A stretch of 64,000 nucleotides of DNA from Eledone cirrhosa (lineage: Eukaryota). The stretch is from assembly GCA_964016885.1 (NCBI GenBank), contig OZ024743.1, positions 202,430,001 to 202,494,000 of the forward strand. Direction: 5' to 3'. Under the pieces are notes generated by a model. It did not search any database and had not been told where the DNA came from. It saw only the letters and a list, made by a program, of their open reading frames with translations. Position 1 is the first letter of the stretch. The number at the start of each line of letters is the position of its first letter. Below, piece after piece: positions 12,983 through 27,244 of the stretch. The position numbers and the translations under genes were made by a program.

Positions 12983-13195
12983 ATATATATATAAACAACT
13001 ATCTGGTTGTGGAACCAACCAACCAACCAGAAATTTATAAATTTGTAAATTTATAAATATATATTAAATTAAATTGAAGTGAAAGCAACTGGTGCGTATG
13101 TTTCTTATTGGCAACATGACCCTCCCAAAGTATAACAATATCGGTTTCAACACACGATTTCAGATAAAGAATCTTGCTAAACAAATTCAGAAACG

Positions 13196-13290
<95 letters not shown>

Positions 13291-13463
13291 AAAACAAAGG
13301 AATTGTGGTAAGGAACCAGATGGACCATAACTCACGAGAGTACTCAATGCTTAGGGTAGTAGAGTGGGAAATAGGAAAAAGTATGACCGTTTCGACGGCT
13401 ATTTCTGTCCAGAAATAGCCGTCGAAACGGCTTGAGCTCTGCCGTCGTGGTCATACTTTTTCC

Positions 13464-13466
<3 letters not shown>
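13291..13466 (-). mobile_element. PLE pseudo-LTR 3' fragment folded into a hairpin (family A)
   Basis: Homologous to 28376, 33383, 34537 and 60509. Palindrome centred at ~13408 and flanked by (TA)n. Confidence 0.8.
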
Positions 13467-13494
<28 letters not shown>

Positions 13495-13504
13495 GTATAT
13501 CGAG

Positions 13505-13575
13505 TTTCAGAAAATCCCGTTAAGGGTGAAAGCAGCGATTCTTTGCTTAAAATTTAATCTCTTATTTTAATAAAT
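13505..13575 (+). ncRNA. Hammerhead-like motif with a CAGA core, between (TA)n tracts
   Basis: TTT-CAGAAAA-TCCC..GGGT-GAAAGCA...TGCTT-AAA; second copy at 52947. Confidence 0.5.
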
Positions 13576-13641
13576 ATATATATATATATAAAATATTAAA
13601 CAAATAATGAATAAACAATTCCTTATATTAAACAAAAAAAG

Positions 13642-13796
13642 TTCATTATTTAACGATCGTTTCTAGGGTATATATGTGTTATAATTGGTATGCATATTCA
13701 ACAGATCTATGTACAAAATTATACAAAATTATACAAATTATCAAGATTAAATATACATACCTAACACATATATACGCCGTCTTCAGAAATAATGAA
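13642..13796 (-). ncRNA. Type I hammerhead ribozyme (mirror copy in the left arm)
   Basis: Reverse complement of 20335-20489. Confidence 0.8.
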
Positions 13797-14614
13797 GTAT
13801 ATTTATTGATAATAACAACAATTCAAAATTTCAGTTCAAAATTGACCAATGAAAACACAAAGGGTTAAAAGCAGTTCGGTGTGTGTATATACATGTAAAA
13901 TCCTTACACATATTTTACAAAAATGTATGTATAACTTGTATACGCATACTAAAAAGATGGATGCAAACACAAAATTTCAAGGTTAATATCTCTGTAAGCT
14001 TAAAATGCGCTGATAAGATGCGCATTGATACTTATGGAGTCAAGCACATAAATATATTTTTTCATACTCACACATATCAGTACAATCACACATACACGCG
14101 CGTATATGCATAAATATACACATAACCACGAACATGCAAACACACACACACCCCCACTCACATTTATATATGTGGATATAAAATCATAAGCACATGGATA
14201 TTAAATCACTCACATAAAACACTGGCACACACATTTCAAGATCAAGATACAGAAATTAGGTGGGAGGGGGGGGAGGGGTCAGTATTCAATTGTCTGAGCA
14301 GACTGCCTAATATAAATGTATCTATAAATTAAGAAAAATAAAAAAATAAAACAATAAAATATAATAAATATAATATAATATACATACACATACAGATATA
14401 TACACATACATACATGTACGCGCACATAGAAATATTTACGCATACACACATACACACATACATATACAGTCATACACACACATACACTTACACGAACATA
14501 CACATACACATATATAAAGATATATATATACACACACACACACACGCAACACATACACACATACACATATATATAAAAAAAATAAATAATAAAGATATAT
14601 ATCCATATATATAT

Positions 14615-14663
<49 letters not shown>

Positions 14664-14740
14664 TACACATACATCTAAATATACATACACATACATACAC
14701 ACATACATGTACATACATGTACATACATATACGCACATCG

Positions 14741-14787
<47 letters not shown>

Positions 14788-15090
14788 TAGACATATAGAT
14801 ACATACACACACAACTTACATACACACATATATATATATAGATGTACATTCATACATAGAATTAGATATATAATCATACATACATATGCACCTACTTATA
14901 CTCATATATATAAATACATACGCTTCCATATATGCGTATATACATAAAAAACACTACAACCTCACCTAACTCAGACATACAAATAAAAATAATAATAAAA
15001 AGGCATATGTATATAGATACACACACGCATTAATCGAGATATATATATATATACACACATACATACACATATATATATATACATATATAT

Positions 15091-15131
<41 letters not shown>

Positions 15132-15220
15132 TACACTCATACATATATATATATATATATATATAAACATATATATCCCCACACACTCATACCACCATAA
15201 ATACACATACAAACACCCAC

Positions 15221-15253
<33 letters not shown>

Positions 15254-15258
15254 TACAC

Positions 15259-15291
<33 letters not shown>

Positions 15292-17282
15292 TAAAAAACA
15301 GACATGCACATATATATATATATATATATTTTTTTACACTCATATATACACATATTATATATACATACACAACCTCACTTATACACATATACACATAAGT
15401 TATATTATAATAATAAAGAATAATATACATATATATATATATACATATACATATATATATATATATATATATACATACATACATACACATACATACATAC
15501 ACATAAACATATACATACATAAATACACACATACGAATAAAGACATATATTCACACATAGACACCTATATATATATATATATATATCTATATATACATAT
15601 ACATATATATATATACATATATACACATATACATATACATACACACACACACACACACACAGACACATATACACACTCACATATATACATGTGTATATGT
15701 GTGTGTGCGCACATACACATATATACACACTCACATACAAACACACATAAAACACATACATATGCATACGTGCACAGACACACATATATATCACATAGAT
15801 ACGAAGATAAACATATAAATAGAGAGACATACATATATATACCACACACATACACATACATACATACACACGCATATACATATACACATATATATATACA
15901 TATATATATTCCTATATATACAAGCATACACATACATACACATATATACACATACATACACATATACATACAACACATTCACATACACATACATATATAA
16001 TGCATATATATACATATATATACATACATATGTACACTCATATATACACACGCAATCTTACATTCATATTTGCATGCGCATATATGTATTTTTATATTTA
16101 GATATAAATACCCAAACCTATATAGACACCTACCTACATATATATTCATACATAGACGCTTACAAATATAGATGATAATAGTATGGGGGAAAGGGGGGGT
16201 TTGGAGAAGGGGATCAAAGTAAATATATGTTTCAAGAAACATATAATATTTTCCGTATCTTTATTCAATGTATGTTCTTACATATTTTCAGTGCTAGGAA
16301 ATACGACAAACAAGAACTAAGGCAAAATCTATGCATCTCAAAATAAATAAGTATACCATTAATCATATGTTAACTAAACCAAAGATAGTCAACATATTGA
16401 TTTCTAAGGTGTAAATTAGTTAGGTTTATAATATTTGAAGCAGAATTTTGAAGTCAAACAGTAGTAGATTATTAATTACAGTATAACTAAATTAAAGTTA
16501 ATAACGTTATGGTATCAATATTAGGAAATGAATTTAGTAATAGGGAAAAGAAACCCAAATAAAAATAAAATAAAGTATTACATCGGTAGTAGCATATAAA
16601 TTATATGTTAACTAAATTAAAAATTATATATTTATTTCAATAGTATATGTTAATTAGTATATGTTAATTAGGTATACAATACATAAAGCAGATATTGTAT
16701 TTCATCAATAGCATAATATAATTATATGCAAATAGAAATCACAATTAATACGCATACATATACATATACATACACATACACATACACATACATATACATA
16801 TACATTTAATTAATATTTTATTACAGATGAGAATATAAAATATTATGTAATCATAAATTGTGAAAAACCTTTAAATATTACTAATATATACTTAGTAATT
16901 TAATTTATAGATTAATTTTAATTTATTTAAACCTTTTATTATAACTCTTTTACAGATAAAATATAACAAAATAATATCATGTATCCAATGACAGAGAAAT
17001 AATTTTTAGTATTATAGACCTAATTAATATACATTTTGGAAATATATTTATTATTTGGTTTTAGTTTTAATCAACCTAAAAATTTTAATTTTAATTTGCT
17101 TAAAATTAGTATCCTTATACAGACGAATTGCAGAATGTCATGTAATCATAGAATGGGATGTGTTTTGGATATATACCTAGTTAATATATTCTGTGCAATT
17201 TTTTGAAAAAGATATGTATATGTATATGTGTATGTGTATGTGTGTGTGTGTATGTGTATCTGTATGTATGTATATATGTGTA

Positions 17283-17323
<41 letters not shown>

Positions 17324-18782
17324 ATATGTATGTGTATGTGTATGTGTATGTATATGTATATGTATGCGTATTAATTGTGATTTCTATTTGCATATAATTA
17401 TATTATGCTATTGATGAAATACAATATCTGCTTTATGTATTGTATACCTAATTAACATATACTAATTAACATATACTATTGAAATAAATATATAATTTTT
17501 AATTTAGTTAACATATAATTTATATGCTACTACCGATGTAATACTTTATTTTATTTTTATTTGGGTTTCTTTTCCCTATTACTAAATTCATTTCCTAATA
17601 TTGATACCATAACGTTATTAACTTTAATTTAGTTATACTGTAATTAATAATCTACTACTGTTTGACTTCAAAATTCTGCTTCAAATATTATAAACCTAAC
17701 TAATTTACACCTTAGAAATCAATATGTTGACTATCTTTGGTTTAGTTAACATATGATTAATGGTATACTTATTTATTTTGAGATGCATAGATTTTGCCTT
17801 AGTTCTTGTTTGTCGTATTTCCTAGCACTGAAAATATGTAAGAACATACATTGAATAAAGATACGGAAAATATTATATGTTTCTTGAAACATATATTTAC
17901 TTTGATCCCCTTCTCCAAACCCCCCCTTTCCCCCATACTATTATCATCTATATTTGTAAGCGTCTATGTATGAATATATATGTAGGTAGGTGTCTATATA
18001 GGTTTGGGTATTTATATCTAAATATAAAAATACATATATGCGCATGCAAATATGAATGTAAGATTGCGTGTGTATATATGAGTGTACATATGTATGTATA
18101 TATATGTATATATATGCATTATATATGTATGTGTATGTGAATGTGTTGTATGTATATGTGTATGTATGTGTATATATGTGTATGTATGTGTATGCTTGTA
18201 TATATAGGAATATATATATGTATATATATATGTGTATATGTATATGCGTGTGTATGTATGTATGTGTATGTGTGTTGTATATATATGTATGTCTCTCTAT
18301 TTATATGTTTATCTTCGTATCTATGTGATATATATGTGTGTCTGTGCACGTATGCATATGTATGTGTTTTATGTGTGTTTGTATGTGAGTGTGTATATAT
18401 GTGTATGTGCGCACACACACATATACACATGTATATATGTGAGTGTGTATATGTGTCTGTGTGTGTGTGTGTGTGTGTATGTATATGTATATGTGTATAT
18501 ATGTATATATATATATGTATATGTATATATAGATATATATATATATATATATAGGTGTCTATGTGTGAATATATGTCTTTATTCGTATGTGTGTATTTAT
18601 GTATGTATATGTTTATGTGTATGTATGTATGTGTATGTATGTATGTATATATATATATATATATATATGTATATGTATATATATATATATGTATATTATT
18701 CTTTATTATTATAATATAACTTATGTGTATATGTGTATAAGTGAGGTTGTGTATGTATATATAATATGTGTATATATGAGTG

Positions 18783-18813
<31 letters not shown>

Positions 18814-18831
18814 GTGCATGTCTGTTTTTTA

Positions 18832-18864
<33 letters not shown>

Positions 18865-18869
18865 GTGTA

Positions 18870-18902
<33 letters not shown>

Positions 18903-18993
18903 GTGGGTGTTTGTATGTGTATTTATGGTGGTATGAGTGTGTGGGGATATATATGTTTATATATATATATATATATATATATGTATGAGTGTA

Positions 18994-19034
<41 letters not shown>

Positions 19035-19339
19035 ATATATATGTATATATATATATATGTGTATGTATGTGTGTATATATATATATATCTCGATTAATGC
19101 GTGTGTGTATGTATATACATATGCCTTTTTATTATTATTTTTATTTGTATGTCTGAGTTAGGTGAGGTTGTAGTGTTTTTTATGTATATACGCATATATG
19201 GAAGCGTATGTATTTATATATATGAGTATAAGTAGGTGCATATGTATGTATGATTATATATCTAATTCTATGTATGAATGTACATCTATATATATATATG
19301 TGTGTATGTAAGTTGTGTGTGTATGTATCTATATGTCTA

Positions 19340-19386
<47 letters not shown>

Positions 19387-19463
19387 CGATGTGCGTATAT
19401 GTATGTACATGTATGTACATGTATGTGTGTATGTATGTGTATGTATATTTAGATGTATGTGTA

Positions 19464-19516
<53 letters not shown>

Positions 19517-20334
19517 ATATATATATGGATATATATCTTTATTATTTATTTTTTTTATATATATGTGTATGTGTGTATGTGTTGCGTGTGTGTGTGTGTG
19601 TATATATATATCTTTATATATGTGTATGTGTATGTTCGTGTAAGTGTATGTGTGTGTATGACTGTATATGTATGTGTGTATGTGTGTATGCGTAAATATT
19701 TCTATGTGCGCGTACATGTATGTATGTGTATATATCTGTATGTGTATGTATATTATATTATATTTATTATATTTTATTGTTTTATTTTTTTATTTTTCTT
19801 AATTTATAGATACATTTATATTAGGCAGTCTGCTCAGACAATTGAATACTGACCCCTCCCCCCCCTCCCACCTAATTTCTGTATCTTGATCTTGAAATGT
19901 GTGTGCCAGTGTTTTATGTGAGTGATTTAATATCCATGTGCTTATGATTTTATATCCACATATATAAATGTGAGTGGGGGTGTGTGTGTGTTTGCATGTT
20001 CGTGGTTATGTGTATATTTATGCATATACGCGCGTGTATGTGTGATTGTACTGATATGTGTGAGTATGAAAAAATATATTTATGTGCTTGACTCCATAAG
20101 TATCAATGCGCATCTTATCAGCGCATTTTAAGCTTACAGAGATATTAACCTTGAAATTTTGTGTTTGCATCCATCTTTTTAGTATGCGTATACAAGTTAT
20201 ACATACATTTTTGTAAAATATGTGTAAGGATTTTACATGTATATACACACACCGAACTGCTTTTAACCCTTTGTGTTTTCATTGGTCAATTTTGAACTGA
20301 AATTTTGAATTGTTGTTATTATCAATAAATATAC

Positions 20335-20489
20335 TTCATTATTTCTGAAGACGGCGTATATATGTGTTAGGTATGTATATTTAATCTTGATAATTTGTAT
20401 AATTTTGTATAATTTTGTACATAGATCTGTTGAATATGCATACCAATTATAACACATATATACCCTAGAAACGATCGTTAAATAATGAA
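20335..20489 (+). ncRNA. Type I hammerhead ribozyme with long stem II and palindromic stem III
   Basis: TTCATTATTT-CTGAAGA-..GTATATATGTGTTA...TAACACATATATAC..-GAAAC-GATC-GTT-AAATAATGAA; perfect 10-bp stem I. Confidence 0.85.
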
Positions 20490-20699
20490 CTTTTTTTGTT
20501 TAATATAAGGAATTGTTTATTCATTATTTGTTTAATATTTTATCTTGACTCTGTATACCGTTTATCTTTCACCGAAAGTGGTTTTTCATTACATCTCTTC
20601 TTTCCATGATATCCGGAATACATTGAGTTCTTCATACGGATTGGACACTACCGTAAACTCTTGGTAGATTTATCTACATATATATATATATATATATAT

Positions 20700-21696
<997 letters not shown>

Positions 21697-22189
21697 AAGA
21701 GAGACAGACAGAGAGATATATAGATATATACTTATATATATTTCTGTATGTGTGTAACGATACAAGGATGTAGACTCAATGATGCAACGCTTAATTGCAT
21801 ATTTTCAAAGTATTTCGGAAGAAAATGTACCATTATTACCAACATGAATAAGAAAATATTACAACATATTGTATAGAGGCTACGGTCTAGCAAGCTTGTA
21901 TTATTTCAATGATCATACGATTGTTATATCTTTTAAGAATTTAATAGAAATATTCTAGGAATATGATTGAAACATAATATTAGCGCTAATAACATATATA
22001 TCACAATAATTATAAAAGATACACAGGAAAGAATAAGCCTACACAAAGACAAACGAGCATATAGTATGCATTCATAAAAATTCGAACCAGCTCTCAGCAA
22101 TTTCAAGAATGCAATAGATTATTTAAAACATTGGCGTTTGTTTGAATTGGAAAAATCAGCCATGTGACTGACAGAACATTGTGCGGTAA

Positions 22190-22580
22190 TTAATGAACAC
22201 AACAACAAGGATATGGTCTTAACGTGGAAGAGGTGAAAACCAACTGTCATCGCCTACATCTCTCTCGCCCTCCCAAACTCTCTGTTTAGTGAGAAAATGG
22301 GGTCCCATGTGCTGGCCTCCCCACAGCCCCCGCGGACAGAATGGTGAAAGCGTTTCCCGGAGGATAGTAAGGGAGATGCGCTGGAAGAGTCATTCCAACT
22401 CGTGAGGCTCACACATGCGGCTGGCCAGCACAACGCCTATGGTGGTGTGTCGGGAGGTAGACTTAGGGCCAAGGACACCAGAAGTCTCCACTGCCAAAGG
22501 CACGACTGCGAAACTGTTGGAGCGCGACTGGTACTTGGAGAGTTTGATCTCCTAGGCCCCACGTGCAGCAGAAACTGGGT
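22190..22580 (-). mobile_element. 3' fragment of a CRE-clade non-LTR element (restriction-like endonuclease C-terminus)
   Basis: Minus-strand translation EIKLSKY...VPLAVETSGVLGP...IG..LA...E*LFQRISLTILR(G)NA, with stops and a frameshift. Confidence 0.75.
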
Positions 22581-23380
22581 TTACTACTTCATTACACTAT
22601 ACTAATACACTATATTAATAACAGCAATATAACTGCATATTCTACTAACACAATAGTACATTCTACTATCACATTACACTACAATCTCTATATTCCACTT
22701 CCAATATTTTCCACTAACATTCCTGCTAATACCACGCTACAATAGTAGATCCCCAACACAGACATCATTCCATTTCATCACAACCACAATCATCATCAAG
22801 AACATTTCTTCATCACACTAAACGGCAACCTACAATAACACTAGTAATAGCAATACTGCCACCACTAAAGCTGCTGTTACTACTACTATTACTACTACTA
22901 CCAATAATAATGATGATAATAATACTCTTTCAATATTCATCACGGGACATTCGATGCCATAGTGGTAGATGTATAGTCAGGCAACCATTACTGTCAATAA
23001 TGTTGACAGTACAGAACGAAAAATAAAAGAAACATAATTAAGTAAAATAAAATAAAATTGAATAAAATAATCTGAAAATCAATTTAATCTTTTTACTAAT
23101 GTAACATTCAATAAACGAACCACCCCATCGCCTTCACCATACCTTTTATCACCATCACCACTACTGTATTCATTCTGCTATTGTTATTATTACTGATATT
23201 ATTATGGTTTTCTAAGTTGTTGGAGTAATTATTATTAGCTTATTGTTATTATCATTATTATTTTGTGACTATAAAACGAAAATCGTTCTTTTTTTTCTCC
23301 TTGATGCTTTTATTATTATTTGTATTCATTGATCTGAGATAGACGTCTGCAATATGTGGCTTACTCTAGATTTCAATTAA

Positions 23381-23416
<36 letters not shown>

Positions 23417-23479
23417 CGGTGTATGTAAATATATATCTATATATATATATCTATATATGTTTATATATATATATATATG

Positions 23480-23532
<53 letters not shown>

Positions 23533-23555
23533 GTACATATATGTGTGTGTGTATA

Positions 23556-23645
<90 letters not shown>

Positions 23646-23781
23646 TTGGTGCTCTGGAATAGCGATATATATATGAATGTATATATAGTGTATTTTGCAA
23701 TACACTGTATGCTTAAGTAAAAGCATTTCGAAGACCTTACACTATTGTTTTAGAGTACTGACAGTCTCACTTACTTTAATT

Positions 23782-23871
23782 TTCAGCAAACAGGGGGAGA
23801 TAAAGCTGACAGAGCTCTGTTTCGCACTTTTTGGTGCTTATCAAAGCGAAGTACTCCGCCTGTTTGCTGAA
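23782..23871 (-). ncRNA. Type I hammerhead ribozyme, U3-A8 core variant
   Basis: Minus strand GCT-TTGATAA-GCAC(CAAAAA)GTGC-GAAAC-AGAGCTCT-GTC-AGC, enclosed by the distal helix TTCAGCAAACAGG/CCTGTTTGCTGAA. Confidence 0.8.
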
Positions 23872-24101
23872 GATCATGAATGTTTGATTCTTGTAGAATT
23901 CTAGTAATAATCAGGAACTGATTATACAGAGCGGTTGCCGGTCAAGCAGAAATTGAAAATGAGAATTAGTGCTCTGGAATAACGATATATATATGAATGT
24001 ATATATAGTGTATTTTGCAATACACTGTATGCTTAATTAAAAGCATTTCAAAGACCTTACGCTATTGTTTTAGAGTAGTGACAATCTCACTTACTTTAAT
24101 T

Positions 24102-24190
24102 TTCAGCAAACAGGGGAGATAAAGCTGACAGAGCTCTGTTTCGCACTTTTTGATGCTTATCAAATCTAAGTACTCCGCCTGTTTGCTGAA
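24102..24190 (-). ncRNA. Second, slightly decayed hammerhead copy
   Basis: Same TTGATAA core and GAAACAGAGCTCTGTC, with point changes in stems I and II. Confidence 0.7.
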
Positions 24191-24276
24191 AATCATGAAT
24201 GTTTGATTCTTATAGAATTCTAGTAATAATCAGGAACTGATTATACAGAGCGGTTGCCGGTCAAGCATATATATAT

Positions 24277-24380
<104 letters not shown>

Positions 24381-24949
24381 TTGGTTTGCAGGATTTTCAA
24401 CATAAAATCGGGTGTTGAAACATGTAAATTGTCATAGTCATTTTACCAGTAAAACACCCTCAATGGTTTCGTATTGGTTCCCTCATATTAACAAATTATT
24501 ACATAAGTGTAACTAATCAATTTAAATATCAATAGATTAATTACTTTGTACAATTTGTTTTGGGAAAACTTTGGCATTAGCAATGACATTGTGCCTCTCG
24601 TGTACATCTGCATTTCCAGTAGTCACTCCGTGCGCGACGTTTGTTTCTCCGAATTTAATTGTAATTCTTTTAGCTTTTTGATAATTAATTTTATAATGAA
24701 TAGAAAATGTTGAATGTGTGCGTGTGTGGATATGAGCATGAACCATTTTATTGGAATTGTGTTAGCATTACCTATTCTATTTATTCATATTTTGAGAATC
24801 AATGTTTGTAGGTTGTCACTTTGGAGTGACACAATCTGTTTATAAGACGGACATATTTCAAGACTAACACATTTCTACATTCATAATCATATCAGTGAGA
24901 TAATGCGTTTCTCATATTTGGGATTCAAATATTCCTTGTATTAAAATTA

Positions 24950-25130
24950 TTGTCTCTACTTTAGGCACAAGGCCAGCAATTACCCAGTGCATTACTGGTT
25001 CTTTATTTTATCGACCCCGTAAGGATGAAAGGCAAAGTCAACCTCGGCGGGATTTGAACTCAGATCGTAAAGGGACGTAACTATGCTGGAAAGCATGGCG
25101 TCCGACCCTCTACTGATACTGCCAATCCAC
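24950..25130 (-). mobile_element. tRNA/Meta-like SINE copy
   Basis: GACCCCGTAAGGATGAAAGGCAAAGTCAACCTCGGCGGGATTTGAACTCAG. Confidence 0.8.
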
Positions 25131-25299
25131 ATTAAAATTATGTCTGTTAACTAGGTTCTAACTACATTGGTTTTTACCTCACGAGAGATGGAGTTTCTAG
25201 ATAAACGCTAGGCCTTTTTTTCCATGATGCTTAGGATTTGTAGCTATAATGTTGGGAGTATAATATATATTTCACTTAACGTCATTGGCTTTTAGCACC

Positions 25300-25750
25300 C
25301 TACTGTAACAGGATCCTGTCCTTTCAAGAATATGTTTATTTTCGGAAAGCTTAATCAATCCAGTACTCTTAGCTGGATTCCTCAGCATTATAGGTGGTGG
25401 GTGATTTGTTCAACGTATGTATGTAGTGTAGCTGCTCGTTATTTCTGCTATGGTTTGATGCTGCAGTTAATTGTTTTACGTAAACTATTATCTACACTTT
25501 GTCGCTCATGTTATTTTTAGCCCATAATATCGAAGAATTGTTAAATGTCTTCCCCAAATCTATAAAATGTATGTTTATTAACATTATTAGAAACGAGCAG
25601 GTCGTCGTCACACAATGTACGAAAGCTAATGGAGGTAATTATTTTTAGCAGACAGAAGGCTTATAACCTAATGAATATCCATTATTGTCTGCAGTCGAAT
25701 GTTCTCATATCCACGTCGAAGAACAAGGCATTATCTGACATGAAGACTAA
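25300..25750 (-). pseudogene. Eroded LINE RT fragment
   Basis: Minus-strand HFIDLGKTFN resembles FIDLxKAFD and is preceded by a GFR/STTD-like remnant. Confidence 0.35.
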
Positions 25751-26742
25751 TGCTACTTCACAATCAAATAGCAACGTCCTACTTGCATCCATATTTAACT
25801 CTTGTTTAATCCATTATGCAATTTCGCGAATCCTCAGGCTTTACAAATCAAACAAGTAGAACGAAATGTAAATTTGATATTGAGGTTATATTCCAAGTAT
25901 TTAAACTAGCCTGTAATTATGTTCCTATTAAACCATTGTTGTGGCTAGGAGCAATTCTAATATTTTGATTGAGCTTGTTAAATAGCATTTTGTTAACGAG
26001 TCTAATTTCAAATATTGTAAGATTATTTAGTTTGCATTCCGGCTTGGATTCGATATCTTACGCAAGACAATCGCTTAGCAAACGTCTAATACAATATTCA
26101 CAAACACTCGGTTCGCAAACTACTTTTCTATTGCCAAAAGCAGAACAATTTTTGTGACTAATATTTTCTTAATCATAGTAATTTGTTCGTGGTTTAATAA
26201 TCTTCATAATACAAGTTATTGCAATTTACCTTTGAAACAATAACATGGAAAAAAACAAATTATCAAAAAATGAAAATGAAAAGATCGGAATGAAGAAAAA
26301 ATTAAAACAGAAAAGCTGACGCCTACATTCTCTACTAATTAATATAATACACCTATGAGCATATGCATAGTCATTTCTAGGAAAATAGATAAATAGCAAC
26401 CTATCAGGTGTTTTTCATGTTATCATATAAGTGGTGGAAATTACGCCCCTACATTTATTCCAGTTTTCGCTAACCGTGTTTTCGCCCCAGGACGTAAAAG
26501 TCCATTACACTCCATGAGGTAAGGACCACTAATCTGTCATCAATTTTAAACTTATTTGTAAGAGTTTAGTTTCTGTGTTAATATTGGTACAAGTAATGTA
26601 CCTGTTTCTATGTGATATTGCGTTTTCTTGTTTCAGTTTCTTAGCTTCAGCTGGGAATTCTAATGTTTTAGATATCTGTAGAACGGTTAATTTTGAAAAG
26701 ATTAGAATTCAGATTTCAAATATTCCAAATTATTTGTATTGG

Positions 26743-26911
<169 letters not shown>

Positions 26912-26989
26912 GATGATATTAATAAAATGGAAACTTGAAAAGTTAAGTTATTTTACTTGGTTATGACAAAATTTATGAAACACAGTTCG

Positions 26990-27051
26990 TATTTTATCTG
27001 ATCAAAGCGTACCAAAGTTTTGGTACCCTTGAAATATATATAATATAATAC
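26990..27051 (+). ncRNA. Decayed type I hammerhead motif (G8 to C) in a ~280-bp insert between (TA)n tracts
   Basis: TATTTTAT-CTGATCA-AAG.GTACCAAA/TTTGGTAC.CTT-GAAATATATATATA-ATATAATA. Confidence 0.6.
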
Positions 27052-27187
27052 ATATGGTGTTATAAATATAGTTTCCTTTTATTTAATATCATTGATTATT
27101 ATACTCCAGAGAACAGTCGAGTGCTCTAAAGTAGTTATAAACATTTATATTTGTTGAATTACCAACAAATTGAATATCCCTTCTGCT

Positions 27188-27242
<55 letters not shown>

Positions 27243-27244
<2 letters not shown>

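Larger units (their letters stand above)
11403..13030 (+). mobile_element. 5'-truncated Penelope-like element (Neptune-type) with 3' UTR and pseudo-LTR
   Basis: RT plus GIY-YIG ORF, downstream hammerhead motif, and a 21-bp fold-back hairpin at the 5' junction. Confidence 0.9.
13588..20543. repeat. ~7-kb inverted repeat with arms 13588-16798 and 17321-20543 and a ~520-bp spacer
   Basis: Mirror-image ORFs appear in the track (13674+/20457-, 13883+/20248-, 16242-/17877+). The arms differ mainly in (TA)n length, plus about 2 substitutions seen by eye. Confidence 0.95.
23641..24267 (-). mobile_element. Head-to-tail dimer of a ~320-bp non-coding, HHR-bearing unit (retrozyme-like) between (TA)n tracts
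   Basis: 23641-23948 repeats at 23962-24267. Each unit carries a hammerhead motif and no meaningful ORF. Confidence 0.8.

Noticed and set aside
16240-17880. Mitochondrial insertion or viral hairpin terminus at the centre of the inverted repeat
   Set aside because: No mitochondrial gene, tRNA or viral ORF was recognisable. The hammerhead and asymmetric ends fit a PLE origin better.
14279-19852. Many long Y/I/C/V/H/T-rich ORFs (also at 23-24, 30, 35, 45, 50-51 and 61 kb)
   Set aside because: They are translations of (TA)n/(TG)n/(CA)n microsatellites, which lack stop codons.
13588-20543. Foldback or Polinton DNA transposon with long TIRs
   Set aside because: The ends are asymmetric, with one arm continuing into a family 3' end seen elsewhere. 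No transposase or integrase is present.
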